The notes beneath the pieces are model-generated. The model made no database searches. It was not told the DNA's origin and saw only the letters and a list, made by a program, of their open reading frames with translations. Made by a program: the position numbers and the translations under genes. Shown piece after piece: positions 1 to 18,043 of a DNA stretch of 64,000 bases (its first letter is position 1; every line of letters starts with the position of its first letter). The DNA is from Eledone cirrhosa (taxonomy: Eukaryota), in the NCBI GenBank assembly GCA_964016885.1, contig OZ024740.1:341372001-341436000 (forward strand), given 5' to 3'.

Positions 1-600
1 AGATACTTTCCCATTCTTCTCTGCTAAAATGTATCACTAGAGCTGATTCCAATTATTCCAGCCATCCATCTAATCTACGAAGGTATTTTAGCCTACATAT
101 TGTCGTTAATATTATGATGTTCCCTGCTGTATTAGCGATAAATTTTCTAGGGTTTCTCTTAGTAGTTTTTTCATGACGTTATTATTGTTAATTTTACTGA
201 TGTAGTATTAACTTGGATATTTACCATGCGGTATTCTAATCCTATTGTATCTCTCTCAGTTATTTACCATGCGACCCTCAGTTCCTACCCCCCCCTCTCT
301 ATGCACTTCTTTAAGGCTTACTACCCTGTCTTTAACCTAATTCATTCAATCTGAAAATATTGAAGAGATAAGATACTTTCCCATTCTTCTCTGCTAAAAT
401 GTATCACTAGAGCTGATTCCAATTATTCCAGCCATCCATCTAATCTACGAAGGTATTTTAGCCTACATATTGTCGTTAATATTATGATGTTCCCTGCTGT
501 ATTAGCGATAAATTTTCTAGGGTTTCTCTTAGTAGTTTTTTCATGACGTTATTATTGTTAATTTTACTGATCTAGTATTAACTTGGATATTTACCATGCG
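1..600 (+). repeat. Direct tandem duplication, period 370 bp (1-230 repeated at 371-600), just upstream of the RTE ORF; possibly part of its 5' UTR
   Basis: AGATACTTTCCCATTCTTCT starts at both 1 and 371; the copies are near-identical up to TTACCATGCG (230/600). The first unit may extend left of the window. Confidence 0.85.
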
Positions 601-858
601 ACTCTCAGTTCTTACCTCACAATTTCCCTCCCCCCCCACCCCCCCCACACCACCATAGTCTATTCGACCAATCAAACCTAGCATGCCATTTCCACTGCTG
701 CTGCTACTACCTGCCTAACTAACTCTCTCCTCCTCTGGCGCATCCCAACACACCCTGCCATTACCCCACCACCACTGTTCTTCTAGCCCTCAATTTTCCC
801 ACCGTTATGGATGGATGAGCTGGGAATACACGAGCAACTCTGAATCAATAGATGAAAT

Positions 859-3800
859 ATGAATCTGCGAGCTACCAAGCACCCACGTGAAGCGCCAACC
901 CAGAGACCCTCCCCTACGAGTGTCGACAAATGCCCAAAACTCCGAGTTGGTACCATCAATGTAGGCTCAATGAAAGGAAGAGCAGGAGAAATCGTAGAAA
1001 TGCTAGAGCGAAAGGAAGTTGATGTATGCTGTGTGCAAGAGGCTAGATGGAGAGGAGGGTCTGCTAGAGTCCTTGTAGGAAAAAGCCAGTGCTACAAATT
1101 TTTCTGGGTGGGAAATGACGATGGGATGGGTGGTGTAGGTATACTATTAGCTGACAAGTGGGTAGATAAAGTAATCTCAGTGTACAGGGTAAATGCAAGA
1201 ATCATTAAACTCAGACTAGTCCTGAATAAGACAATTACCACAATAATATCAGCTTACGCACCCCAATCGGGGCTGCCAGACGAACTTAAGGATAGGTTTT
1301 ACGAGTCCCTAATGCACACTACTGCTCTAACAGACGACAAGGACTTCCTAATCATTGCAGGAAATTTTAACGGACACGTAGGTAAACACTGCGACGGCTT
1401 CAATAGAGTACATGGAGGCCATGGAGTTGGCACAAGGAATGAGGAAGGATTCAGACTTCTAGAATTCTGCGACGCCAATGACATGTCGATATGTAACACA
1501 AACTTTAAAAAACCCGACAACCACCTGATCACCTATAGATCAGGGGAGCACTCCAGTCAGTTAGATTTTATCCTCATCAGAGGACGTGACAGATGGACGG
1601 TCGTAAACACAAAAGCCTTCCCTAGTGAGGAATGTACATCCCAACATAGCTTAGTTGTCAGCGACCTCACGGTCAGAACTAGACGAGCCCTGAAACAGAG
1701 GCCAACCTGGAGAAGAAAGATCTGGAAGCTGAAAGTCCCCTCAACCAGTAACAGATTTAAAGATATTTTACTCAACGCCTACGACAGTAAAGGAGAACAG
1801 ATAAAGACATTTAACGTAGAAGAGAACTGGGAGTTCCTAAAAAATAACTTACTAGAGGCGACGGATGAGGTTTGTGGCTGGAGTAAGACCTCAAGCAGGA
1901 GGAGAGTGACTTGGTGGTGGAACAATAAGGTAGATGAAGCAGTCAAGGCCAAGAGACAGGCATGGAAAGAATGGAAGAACGGGGGGAGCAGGGTACATTA
2001 CATAGAGACCAAGAGGGAAGCTAGGCGACAAGTATACTTAGCTAGGAGGGAAGCAGAGGATAGAAAATTCAAGCATGTTTTACAACGTGAGGACCAGAAA
2101 CAGGAGGTATTCAAGATTGCGAGGCAGTGTGTCAGAGATAGTTGTGATGTCATTGGAGAGAAGTGTATCCGGAATGATAAAGGTGAGCTTGCCCTCACAA
2201 GTGCTGAGAAGAAAGATGCATGGAAGAGTCATTATGATAGATTACTAAATGAGGAGAATGCATGGGAAGAAGAGACCCTACCCCACGTAGACCCTATAGA
2301 GGGACCAGCAGTACAAGTCAGCGGCAGCGTAGTAAGTAAGGCAATCAGAGATATGAAGATAGGGAAGGCAACCGGTCCATCGGGTATAGCTGCCGAGATG
2401 CTGAAGGCATCTGGGTCTGTAGGTCACACTATAACCACACGTATCGTTAACCAGGTAATACTAGAGGGGGCCATACCAAAAGATTGGTGCAGTAGCATCA
2501 TTGTCAACTGCTACAAAGGTAAAGGCGATGCACTAGATAGAGGAAACTATAGAGGTATAAAGTTGATGGACCAGGTCATGAAAGTAACAGAAAGAGTTAT
2601 AGCACAGCTGATTAGGGACCGGGTGAATATAGACGAGATGCAATTTGGGTTTGTACCAGGGAAAGGCACCACTGATGCCCTCTTCCTTGTGAGGCAATTA
2701 CAGGAAAAGTACCTAGCTAAAAGTAAGCCACTCTACTTGGCATTTGTCGACCTTGAGAAAGCCTTTGACAGAGTTCCACGTGCAGTAATCTGGTGGGCTC
2801 TTAGAAAACTAGGAGTAGATGAATGGCTTGTGAAAGCGGTACAAGCCATGTATAGGGGAGCAGTCAGCAAAGTTAGGATTGGCAATGAGTATAGCGAATA
2901 ATTTAGCGTACAGGTTGGGGTCCACCAGGGCTCTGTTCTTAGCCCTCTCCTGTTCATCATAGTCCTGCAGGCAATAACGGAGGAGTTTAAGACCGGATGC
3001 CCATGGGAACTCCTGTATGCTGATGACCTCGCACTCATAGCTGAATCTATGGTAGAACTAGAGAATAAATTCCAAACCTGGAAGCAGGGACTAGAGAGAA
3101 AGGGCCTCAAAGTCAACATGACAAAGACTAAGGTCCTTGTAAGTAGACGAGAAAACAGAACCCAGATCCCCTCAGGGAAATGGCCTTGCTCAGTATGTAG
3201 GAAAGGTGTAGGTAGGAACTCCATTCTCTGCCCCAAATGCAAACAATGGGTACACAAGAGATGTAGCGGGATCTCAGGAAGCTTAATTAAGAATGTAGGA
3301 TTCACATGCAGCAGCTGTGCTGAAACAGCAAGCAAACAGCCACAGGAAACAAGTACCACCAATCTCTGGGAGGGCCCTGTAGAAACAGTAGACAGCTTCT
3401 GCTACCTAGGTGACCGAATTAGCAACGGAGGTGGGTGCTCAGAAAGTACAATAACTAGGGTAAGAACGGGATGGAAGAAGTTTAGGGAACTACTACCACT
3501 GCTAGCTGCAAAAGGCTTCTCCCTCAGAATGAAAGGCAGACTGTATGATGCGTGTATCCGAACAGCGATGTTGCATGGTAGTGAGACCTGGGCGCTGAAG
3601 GTGGAAGACTTACGTAGATTAGAGAGAAACGAAGCCTGCATGCTCCGATGGATGTGTAACAGTAATATACGTGAACGACAAAGCATAAAGGAATTGAGAG
3701 AGAGACTGAGCATAAGAGGAATCAAATGCTGCGTGCAGGAGAGGCGGTTACGCTGGTATGGACATGTGATGCGTATGAAGGATGACAGCTGCATAAAAAG

Positions 3801-4275
3801 GTGCAGAGCACTAGAAGTTGATGGAAACCGCGGAGTGGGGAGACCCAAGATGACTTGGGATGAGGTGATAAAAGCCGACCTTACCCAACTACACCTCTCA
3901 AAGTCAATGACACACGACCGTGACTTCTGGCGTCACGCAGTAATACAGGGTACCCGACCTCCCATGGGTACATGCTGAAGCATATAAACAATATGCCCCC
4001 CCCCCCACCCACCGCAAGGTGGCCGTGGAGGTGCCACGGCAAAAAAGCACCCAGCCCACACTGTAAAGTGGACGTGTAGGTGCCACGAAAAAGCACCCAG
4101 CACTCACTGTAAATGAGGTTGGTGTTAGGAAGGGCATCCAGCTGTGGAAATCAAGCCAGATCAGTTCCTGTATGAGCAAGGCATGGTCAGCCGACCAGAC
4201 ACTGCCCACAACAGGACAACCCGTCTAACCCATGCTAGCGTGGAAGAACGGACGTAAAACTGTGATGATGATGAT
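859..4275 (+). mobile_element. Near full-length RTE-clade non-LTR retrotransposon (family A): APE endonuclease + RT + PHD finger, one nonsense mutation, (GAT)n tail
   Basis: ORFs 859-2901 and 3049-3978 are in the same frame, split by TAA at 2899-2901. Motifs: APE (TINVGSM, CCVQEARW, SAYAPQ, QLDFIL), RT ([40 protein letters not shown]) and RTE C-terminus ([17 protein letters not shown]). The 3' UTR ends in GATGATGATGAT. Confidence 0.95.
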
Positions 4276-4455
4276 ACATATATATATATATGTATATATG
4301 TGTATATATATATATATATATATGTCTATTATATATATATGTGTATATATATATGTGTGTGTGTGTGTGTATGTGTATATATATTTGTAGAGATGTGTGA
4401 GTATGTATATATATATGTGTGCATAATTATCTGACTGTGTGTATTTATTTATTTA

Positions 4456-4488
<33 letters not shown>

Positions 4489-5000
4489 GTGTGTATGTGT
4501 ATGTGTATGTGTGTGTGTGTGTATATATATTTATGTGTATGTATATATCTATATATATATATGTGTGTGTATGTATATCTCTTTATTTATGTATGTCTGA
4601 GTTGTGTGTGAGCGTGTGGTTGTATGTGTATATATATACATGGATATGTGTATGTGTATGTATATATACGTATATGTATGTGTGTGTGTGTATATATATG
4701 TGCGTGTATGTATGTATATATATGTGTGTATATATGTATGTGTATATATATGTGTGTATATATATGTATATGTATGTATGTGTGTATGTGTATGTACATA
4801 TATGTGTGTATATATATATGTGTGTTGTGAGTATATGTATGTATGTATGTGTGTCTATGTATTTATATATGTATATGTATATGTCTCTCTATATATATAT
4901 GTATATATATATATATGTGTTTATATATATATATATATATATGTATATCGGTGTGTATTTTATGTATGAGTATATATTTTACTTGTTTATTTCTTTTTAA
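4276..5000. repeat. Compound (TA)n/(TG)n/(TATG)n microsatellite
   Basis: Directly visible low-complexity sequence following the RTE tail. Confidence 0.95.
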
Positions 5001-5557
5001 TATATTTCTTTTTATTTCTAAATTTATAGATACATTTTATAAATAGGCTGTTGTCTGACACCCTCAGTAATTACTGACCCCCTTTACCTACTTTAGTTCT
5101 GCATCTAGATGTAAATATATGTGGCAGTGTTTTATGTGTGCGCCTTAATATCCATATAGTTATAATAATAGTATATACGTGTGTGTGTGTGTGTGTGTGT
5201 GTGTATGTTCGTGGGTATGTGTATGTTTATGTGTATATGCGCGTGTGTGTATGAATGTATGTATATGTGTGTATATATGAATGTATATATGTTTATATAC
5301 GTATGTGTATTTTGTCTGTAGATTATAAACATACAGAGACATTAGCCCAGAATTTTTGTATTTACATACATTTTTTCGACATGCGTATGCATGTGAACAT
5401 ATAATTTTATGCATATCTGTGAACGAAGTTACTTACATATATACACACACCTAACTGTATTTTCTTGATATATTTTTGTGTATTTTATTGGTCAATTTGA
5501 ACTCTGTTCCCAAACAGACCTGTAATTTTGAATTGTTGTTATTATCAATAAATATAT

Positions 5558-5710
5558 TTCATTATTTCTGAAGACGGCATATGTATGTGTTGGTATGTAT
5601 ATTATATTTGATAGTTTGTATAATTTTGTATAATTTTGTACATAGATCTGTTGAATATGCATGCCAATTCTAACACATATATGTCCTAGAAACGATCGTT
5701 AAATAATGAA
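5558..5710 (+). ncRNA. Type I hammerhead ribozyme motif with a long helix II, within a dispersed (probably Penelope-like) repeat that ends at ~5905
   Basis: Helix I TTCATTATTT (5558-5567) / AAATAATGAA (5701-5710); core CTGAAGA at 5568-5574; GAAA at 5689-5692; palindromic helix III CGATCG; GUU triplet. Helix II closure is atypical. A homologous copy lies at 60741-61266. Confidence 0.65.
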
Positions 5711-5909
5711 CTTTTTTTGTTTAATATAAGGAACTGTTTCATTGTTTTATTTATTATTTTTTTAATATTTTATCTTGACTCTGTATTCCGTTTATGTTTC
5801 ACCGAAAGTGATTTTTGAATGCATCTCTTCTTTCCATGATATCCGGATTACATTGAGTTCTTCATACGGATTGGACACTACCGTAAACTTTTGGTAGATT
5901 TATCAACTA

Positions 5910-8674
<2,765 letters not shown>

Positions 8675-10618
8675 TAAGGCAATCAGAGATATGAAGATAG
8701 GGAAGGCAACCGGTCCATCGGGTATAGCTGCCGAGATGCTGAAGGCATCTGGGTCTGTAGGTCACACTATAACCACACGTATCGTTAACCAGGTAATACT
8801 AGAGGGGGCCATACCAAAAGATTGGTGCAGTAGCATCATTGTCAACTGCTACAAAGGTAAAGGCGATGCACTAGATAGAGGAAACTATAGAGGTATAAAG
8901 TTGATGGACCAGGTCATGAAAGTAACAGAAAGAGTTATAGCACAGCTGATTAGGGACCGGGTGAATATAGACGAGATGCAATTTGGGTTTGTACCAGGGA
9001 AAGGCACCACTGATGCCCTCTTCCTTGTGAGGCAATTACAGGAAAAGTACCTAGCTAAAAGTAAGCCACTCTACTTGGCATTTGTCGACCTTGAGAAAGC
9101 CTTTGACAGAGTTCCACGTGCAGTAATCTGGTGGGCTCTTAGAAAACTAGGAGTAGATGAATGGCTTGTGAAAGCGGTACAAGCCATGTATAGGGGAGCA
9201 GTCAGCAAAGTTAGGATTGGCAATGAGTATAGCGAGGAATTTAGTGTACAGGTTGGGGTCCACCAGGGCTCTGTTCTTAGCCCTCTCCTGTTCATCATAG
9301 TCCTGCAGGCAATAACGGAGGAGTTTAAGACCGGATGCCCATGGGAACTCCTGTATGCTGATGACCTCGCACTCATAGCTGAATCTATGGTAGAACTAGA
9401 GAATAAATTCCAAACCTGGAAGCAGGGACTAGAGAGAAAGGGCCTCAAAGTCAACATGACAAAGACTAAGGTCCTTATAAGTAGACGAGAAAACAGAACC
9501 CAGATCCCCTCAGGGAAATGGCCTTGCTCAGTATGTAGGAAAGGTGTAGGTAGGAACTCCATTCTCTGCCCCAAATGCAAACAATGGGTACACAAGAGAT
9601 GTAGCGGGATCTCAGGAAGCTTAATTAAGAATGTAGGATTCACATGCAGCAGCTGTGCTGAAACAGCAAGCAAACAGCCACAGGAAACAAGTACCACCAA
9701 TCTCTGGGAGGGCCCTGTAGAAACAGTAGACAGCTTCTGCTACCTAGGTGACCGAATTAGCAACGGAGGTGGGTGCTCAGAAAGTACAATAACTAGGGTA
9801 AGAACGGGATGGAAGAAGTTTAGGGAACTACTACCACTGCTAGCTGCAAAAGGCTTCTCCCTCAGAATGAAAGGCAGACTGTATGATGCGTGTATCCGAA
9901 CAGCGATGTTGCATGGTAGTGAGACCTGGGCGCTGAAGGTGGAAGACTTACGTAGATTAGAGAGAAACGAAGCCTGCATGCTCCGATGGATGTGTAACAG
10001 TAATATACGTGAACGACAAAGCATAAAGGAATTGAGAGAGAGACTGAGCATAAGAGGAATCAAATGCTGCGTGCAGGAGAGGCGGTTACGCTGGTATGGA
10101 CATGTGATGCGTATGAAGGATGACAGCTGCATAAAAAGGTGCAGAGCACTAGAAGTTGATGGAAACCGCGGAGTGGGGAGACCCAAGATGACTTGGGATG
10201 AGGTGATAAAAGCCGACCTTACCCAACTACACCTCTCAAAGTCAATGACACACGACCGTGACTTCTGGCGTCACGCAGTAATACAGGGTAACCCGACCTC
10301 CCATGGGTACATGCTGAAGCATATAAACAATATGCCCCCAAACCCCCCACCGCAAGGTGGTCGTGGAGGTGCCACGGCAAAAAAAGCACCCAGCCCACAC
10401 TGTAAAGTGGACGTGTAGGCGCCATGAAAAAGCACCCAGCACTCACTGTAAATGAGGTTGGTGTTAGGAAGGGCATCCAGCTGTAGAAATCAAGCCAGAT
10501 CAGTTCCTGTATGAGCAAGGCATGGTCAGCCGACCAGACACTGCCCACAACAGGACAACCCGTCTAACCCATGCTAGCGTGGAAGAACGGACGTAAAACG
10601 GTGATGATGATGATGATG

Positions 10619-10620
<2 letters not shown>
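8675..10620 (+). mobile_element. 5'-truncated RTE family A copy (open RT + PHD), near-identical to 2337-4275
   Basis: Collinear with the first copy at offset ~6338. Has GAA where copy 1 has TAA, and one extra A near 10290. (GAT)n tail; TA arrays on both sides. Confidence 0.95.
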
Positions 10621-11865
<1,245 letters not shown>

Positions 11866-12229
11866 GTGATACCGTGTAACCACAAACATGTATGTGTGTT
11901 TTAGTGATCCCTCTTCATTTACCCTTTTCAACTCATTAGCATCACATCTTGCTATCTCGAATGCACAAACTCGCGACTAATGGATTTGATAGACCAATCA
12001 TATATTATACTCCCTCTTTTTCCAAAACACAGCAGTAGTGACTCGATTGGCAGTTGTGTAATGTATAGCAAATTAGTTTTAGAACGAGGGAGACAAAACA
12101 ATATCATGTGTGCAAATCTCTTGTGTGGATTTGAAAGGCCCTAGAAACTTCCCTTCTCTTTGATTCAGAAATCAAATAGCAAAATGCCAATCATCCCACT
12201 CGTTCCACCCACCCAAACCCTTCCTTTTC

Positions 12230-15200
12230 CTATGTGATCCAAAACTATCACCATCAACATTGGAACAATGAAAGGTAGATCAGGTGAATTTGTGAAGATG
12301 CTAGAGTGAATGCGGGTGGATGTAGGTTGTGTACAAGAAATAAAATGGAGAGGAGCCTCAGCAAAACTTCTTACAGGTAATAGAACATGCTACAAATTCT
12401 TCTGAGTGGGTAACAGTTAGCAGAGAAATGGGTAGAAAGGTGATTGAAGTAGTCAGAGGAAGTGATAGAACACTTAAGCTTAGGATAGCCCTAGATAGAA
12501 CCATAACGACAGTTATCTCTGCATGCACACCTCAAGCTGGGCTGTTAGACTACTTCTTATGCATACTACCTCATTAACAAATAATGTAGACTTCATAATT
12601 GTGGCTGGTGATTTAAATGAACATGTGGGGCAACTCAGTGATGGTTTTCATTGTGTCCATGGAGGATATGGGCTCAGTACAAGAAATGAATAGTTATCAA
12701 GGCTCTTGGAGTTTTGTGATGCAAATGACCTGACTATCACTAACTTCAGAAAGCCAGCCAGCCATCCGATCACCTATCAATCAGGCTATCATAAACAATA
12801 AATAGATTTTATCCTCACCACAAATTAGGAAATAAATATAAAAACAGTCCCTGATGAAGAATGTTCTGCCCAACACAACCTAGTAGTTAGTGACCCTAAA
12901 ATTAGAGCCAGACAGAGGAGAAAGATATGGAAGCTTCAGCTAGGGACTTATTTAGGGAAGACTTGCTTGACGCTTATCACAGCATGGAAGAGGAGATAGA
13001 AGCCTACAACTTAGAGGAAAAGTGGTGGTTTCTGCAAAGCTGTCTGTTGAAGGTTACAGACGTGGTCTGTGGTTGTTGCAAGGCTCCAGGAAGACAGGAT
13101 AACATAGTAGAATAGTGGGGGTAAATGAGGCAGTTAAAGCTAAGAAATTAGCATGAAAAGACTTAGAAAAATTGGGGAAAAAGAGCTATACCAAGAGACA
13201 AGGAGGGAAATCATGTGCCCCAACAAGATTTGAAGCAGAAACTAAGCAGTTTGCATGTGCCTTTTCCCTTGAAGATTGCAAGGTAGTGTGTTGGGGGAAA
13301 ATCAAAATATTTTTGAGGAGAAGTGCATTCAGAATGACAGTGGTGAACTTGCTCTTCTCAACACTGAAAAGAAGGGAAGCTAGAAAATGTTATTATGGGA
13401 GACTGGTGAATGAAGAAAAGGCATGGGAAGAGGAGGAGCTACCCCAAGATAATCTAACTGAGGGACTGGCTATCTAGCTTAGCAGCAGTATGGTAAGGAC
13501 CTTCAGGGATAATTGCTGATGATGAAAACAGGGATAGTTGGTTGCATGCTTGTTAAACAGAGTAAATCAGGTATTACAGGAAGGAGTTGAACCCAATGCA
13601 ACAGCAGCATTGTCAACTACTACAAAGGTAAAGGAAATGCACTGGACAGAGGAAACTATAGAGGCATCAAGTTGGTGGACCAGGTCATGAAAGTCACTGA
13701 AAGATTTACAACACAAATAATTAGAAATAGAATTAACATGGCTGAGAAGCAGTTTGGCTTTGTTCCTGGAAGAGATACTGTTGATTTCATCTACCTCATG
13801 AGATGGCTGCAGAAGTATTTAGCTAAGGGAGAAGTTTAAGACTTGTTGTCCACGGTAATTCCTATATGTAGGTGACTTCGTTTTCATAGGTGAATTTATG
13901 GCAGAATTGGAGAAGAAATTTCATACATGGAGGCAAAACCTGGAATCAAAAGGCCTCAATGAATTTAGCAAATACTAAAGTCCTAGTAAGAAAGAAAGAA
14001 GACAGAGCAATGATCCCACCAGGAAAAAGGTTTGGTAGGAATTCCATACTGTGGACTAAATGTAAACTGGGTAAACGAGAAATGTATCGGGATCTTAGGC
14101 AGGCTAATGAAGAATGTAGACTTCAAATGGGAAAGATTCACAGGAGCAGTAGGCAACAAGAGCATACATGAAATAGGCTCTATAAAATGCTCAGGTGGAT
14201 TCCTAGAAACAGTTGATAGTTTCTGCTACCTGGATAACCAAATTAGTAGTGGAGGTGGGTGTTCAGAAAGTACAGTAACCAGGGTGAGAACATGTTGAAA
14301 AAGTTCAGCTACTACCTCTGCTGGCTACAAAGGCGTTTTCTCTCAGAATGAACAGCAGATTATATGATGCTTGTGTAGGATCCACAATGCTGCAAGACTT
14401 GAGCCCTGAATGCAGAGGATTTGCAAAGACTGGAAAGAAATGAAACAAAAATGCTTTGATGGATGTGTAATAGTAGTGTGCCAGAATGCCAAAGCATTAA
14501 TGGGCTGAGAAAAAAAAAACTGGGCATAAGGTTAATTTGATTCAGTGTACAAGAGAGAAGACTGCATTGGTATTGCCATGTGATGCATATGAAGGATGTG
14601 AGCTGCATAAAGAATGCAGGACACTCAAAGTTAAGGGAACCTGTGGAAGTGGAAGACCTAGGAAAATATGGGAGGAGGTGGTAAAGGCTGAGCTCAAAGA
14701 GTTGGACCTCAGAGATGGCACAGGATTGAGTCAGCTGGCTATATACCTACTATTGAAAACTCCCATTCCTACACAAGCAGGATTAAATGAGGTAGAGGAG
14801 GGTGGCTGTAAAAGGCAGGAAGATGTTACAGTACTTGGGCTGCTCCTATCACCCACTCTTCACTATCTATTCCCTTCACCATGTCTCCTCTCCCTCACCA
14901 TAGACTTCCCATTACCTGGTCTCCTCCTTTATCAAATCCTCATCCAAAGGTACATGCACCTTTGCTGTATTGCCAACTGCTGCTGGTTCACTGTTCTCTC
15001 TAAGTCCACCTTACTGTCCAACACTTACTTGCCCCCTCCCTCACTGCTGAATTTATCCCAGACCCCCCCTCCCCCAAATTCCCAGCCAGGCCAAGAACAA
15101 AAGCACTCTAGTGTTGAAATGTGGTAGTATTGGTTCCACCTTATAATGCATTCACACCACACAATGTGGGAGTGCTTGTGTCACAATAAAATGCATTCAC

Positions 15201-15340
15201 CTCACTTTTATAAAGTGATAGTGCTGTTCTGAAGTCAGAAAAAATTATGCTGTGATAGGAAGGGCATTCAACCACAGAAACCATACTAAAATGGAGTATA
15301 CAAGCAAGATACAATCATTTGACCTACTTGTCTTGTGTTT
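12230..15340 (+). mobile_element. Old, heavily mutated RTE LINE (APE, partial RT, degenerate PHD, C-terminus, 3' UTR remnants)
   Basis: Remnant peptides [55 protein letters not shown] and GRPRKIWEEV, with many stops, frameshifts and an internal deletion. Confidence 0.88.
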
Positions 15341-15840
15341 GGTTGTGGCAGTCAAATGCATAGGCTAGACAAGATTGTGTAGCTCTTGATTGCAACAGAT
15401 GATTGTAAAAACTGCAGAATAATCACAGGTTTTATTTCATTACCATATAATAAATATATAAAATTAATATATAAATATTGTAATATTTAAATAAATCCGC
15501 TAGAAATTTGCAGGAAGAAATCTAATTTTAGCTTGGTTTCTAGCTATCTGCTAAATGTAATTTTTATTAGCTACATGCAATGAAAATTAGCTAGAAAATA
15601 GCTAAATTAGCAATCCTGAAGCTTCTCAACTAGGTGATTCCAGATTAAGTGACACTGCACAGTACCTTGGGCAAGTGTCTTCTACTCTAGACTCATGTTG
15701 AGTGAAATTTGGTAGACCAAAACCCCAGAAGCCTATCGTATATATATATAATTATATATATATGTAATTAGTTACAACAGTGACATATGTAGGTACTTAA
15801 GTTTCGTTGGGTTATACACCCCAATTCATTCAGCCTGTTA

Positions 15841-16746
15841 TCTATATATATAAAACTGAGGATATCTGTCTGTGTGTGTGAGAGTTCGAATCCTTAAACT
15901 CGAGAACCACCAAACCGACTGTTTTCAAATTTTACACATGTAATACTTATGTTTCAGGGAGTGTTCTGAGCAAAAAAAAATTTCAAATTTTCAATGCCCT
16001 AGGGACCGCATTAGGCAATTTAGCGATCCCGCTCTACAATTCTTAGCCTTTCTCTTTTTAGATAGATACATACTTATAATATCTGTCTGTATGCCTGACT
16101 GTCTGCATTACGTCACTTCCCTGAGGATGTGTGTGTGTGTGTGTGTGAGTTTGAATCCCTAAAATTCGAGAAGTACCCAACCGATTTTTTTCAAACTTTA
16201 CATGTGTATTACTTATGTTTCAGGAAGTGTTATGCACATAAAAAATTCAACTTTTTTTTTTATCTCCTAGGGCCCGCATTAGGTGAAAAACTGCGTTTTA
16301 AAAACATTTTTAGGTTTTTTTTTTAGGCGTTACGTCAGACCGATTTCCTTAAAATTGTAACTATGTATTAGTCAGTCTCTTCTTCATACCGTAAGCAAAG
16401 AAAATCCAACTTTCTTATGGCCTAGGGCCCGCATTAGGTGAAAAACTTCATTTTTTCAGCTTCTTAAGGCTTTTTGGAGGCGTTACGTCTAGCCGATTTT
16501 TCCCGAAATTTCAAGGCATATTATGCACATAAAAACAATTCATTTTCTTGATCCCCTAGGGCTCCGCATTAGGTGAAAACCTGCATTTTTCCTGCTTCAT
16601 CGAGGAAAATCTTAAAGATTATCCAGCCATCAGAGTATTCGGTTTATTTTCTTTACACATTGTCCAGGCATGCAGTTTCTCATTTTCTATTGGCGGCCCG
16701 CGTTCCAAAATACCTTATCCCGTGCAACGCCGGGTACCACTGCTAG
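15841..16746 (+). mobile_element. Non-autonomous Helitron with internal repeats
   Basis: A|TCTATATATATAAAACTG 5' end; subterminal GC hairpin CCCGTGCAACGCCGGG; CTAG|T 3' end; A/T target without TSD. A CTAGGG..CGCATTAGG motif recurs four times inside. Confidence 0.85.
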
Positions 16747-17326
16747 TATAAAATAAAAATGGCTACCTCCAACTATTTGTACAAGAGTAGCCTATTTTCA
16801 CTGTATAGCGATTGATTATCTGTTGGTATTTATGGTATACTGGGAAGTGAAGATCTAGGAAGGCTAGGAATTTTCTACCTACATTGGTCTTCACATTAAG
16901 TGCGAATGGTGGTGCAAACCACACAGCGTCTTTATGTCTAGGTTTTTTTTCTTTCTAGAAGTAGGGCGAGAATAAGTGATATATGTGTGTGTACATGTGT
17001 GATTGTATAACTAGAGGTTTGACGAAAAGGTGATTGATAAAATATGTACTAGGCTTGGAAAATAAGTACTGAGGTCGATACGATGGACTAAAAAAGTGGT
17101 GGTTTCCCTGCATATGTGCAGTTTAAATGACTGAAATTAAAAAGAAAAAAAACATCTATAACTCGTATGCTATGTAAATAACAATGAAAAAAAAAGAGAA
17201 AATGAAAATTTTTCAGAAAGTGAAAGTATTTTTTTTCATGGAAAAATAGCCTCACGTAATACACCTTGTTTTTACGTCATTGCTACTTGGCGCAGTGAAG
17301 TTAATGAGGCCATGTGATTATTAGGT

Positions 17327-18043
17327 TGTGGCGATAGGGTCACCTTCATGTAACTGTTAAGATATATTCTTCGCAGGATGAATGATAAAAAGAATGATGA
17401 AGAATTGTGATGTTGTTGACAACGTTTATTTTATAATAGTAAAATTCACTTGTTGGGTACATCGAATATTGAGTAATAAAAACGTAATACAATTATCACT
17501 ACATTAGTTGTTTTACTAACTACTTCCAGCTAGCATAAATGCACACCAAGAATGTGCATGTGTTGTTAAGTCAATACTGATAGTAAATGTATGTATCAAA
17601 GAAAACGATATAATAGAAGTTGTGTGTTGTGCTTTACAGTAGTAGAGAATGACAGGAAGTCAAAAGGATAAAGTGTAGAAGGGACAATAGAAGGGAATCT
17701 ACTGTGTGTGTGTTTTAATCCCTAGCAAACGTTGTGGTAGCGGTCAGTCCATCTCTCTAATTCACTGTCTGTCTGTCGAGCGAGTAAGAAATGTGAGAGA
17801 ATAGTAGCTAGAAGACTGTATTCGTGAAGAGAATCCAGTGTTAGTTGAACGGTTCTTCTGTCGTCTCTGTTAGCCACTTTCTCTAATTTGTTTCTCGAAG
17901 CTAGAAGAACGTGTATATGGTTTTTGAGACAATAGCCAGGCCATCTGCCTATCGTCTGTCAAGTGTCTGGGGTCACAGGTCAAGTGGTATATAGCATTTA
18001 TCATAGTTGTCTTTTGACAGGACAATCGTAAGAACACCTAACA
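17327..18043 (-). mobile_element. Probable solo LTR
   Basis: On the minus strand it starts TGTTAGG and ends CCACA. Flanks TTAGGT/ATAGGT are a 5/6 match (candidate TSD). Minus-strand AATAAA lies ~100 bp from the 3' end. No coding sequence. Confidence 0.45.

Noticed and set aside
2899-2901. Programmed stop read-through or two-ORF organisation in the RTE
   Set aside because: The near-identical copy has GAA at this position and the stop falls inside the RT domain, so it is a simple nonsense mutation or a base error.
2733-3848. Antisense ORFs over the RTE (also 9071-10186 and 55382-55666)
   Set aside because: Shadow frames of the RT coding sequence with no independent evidence.
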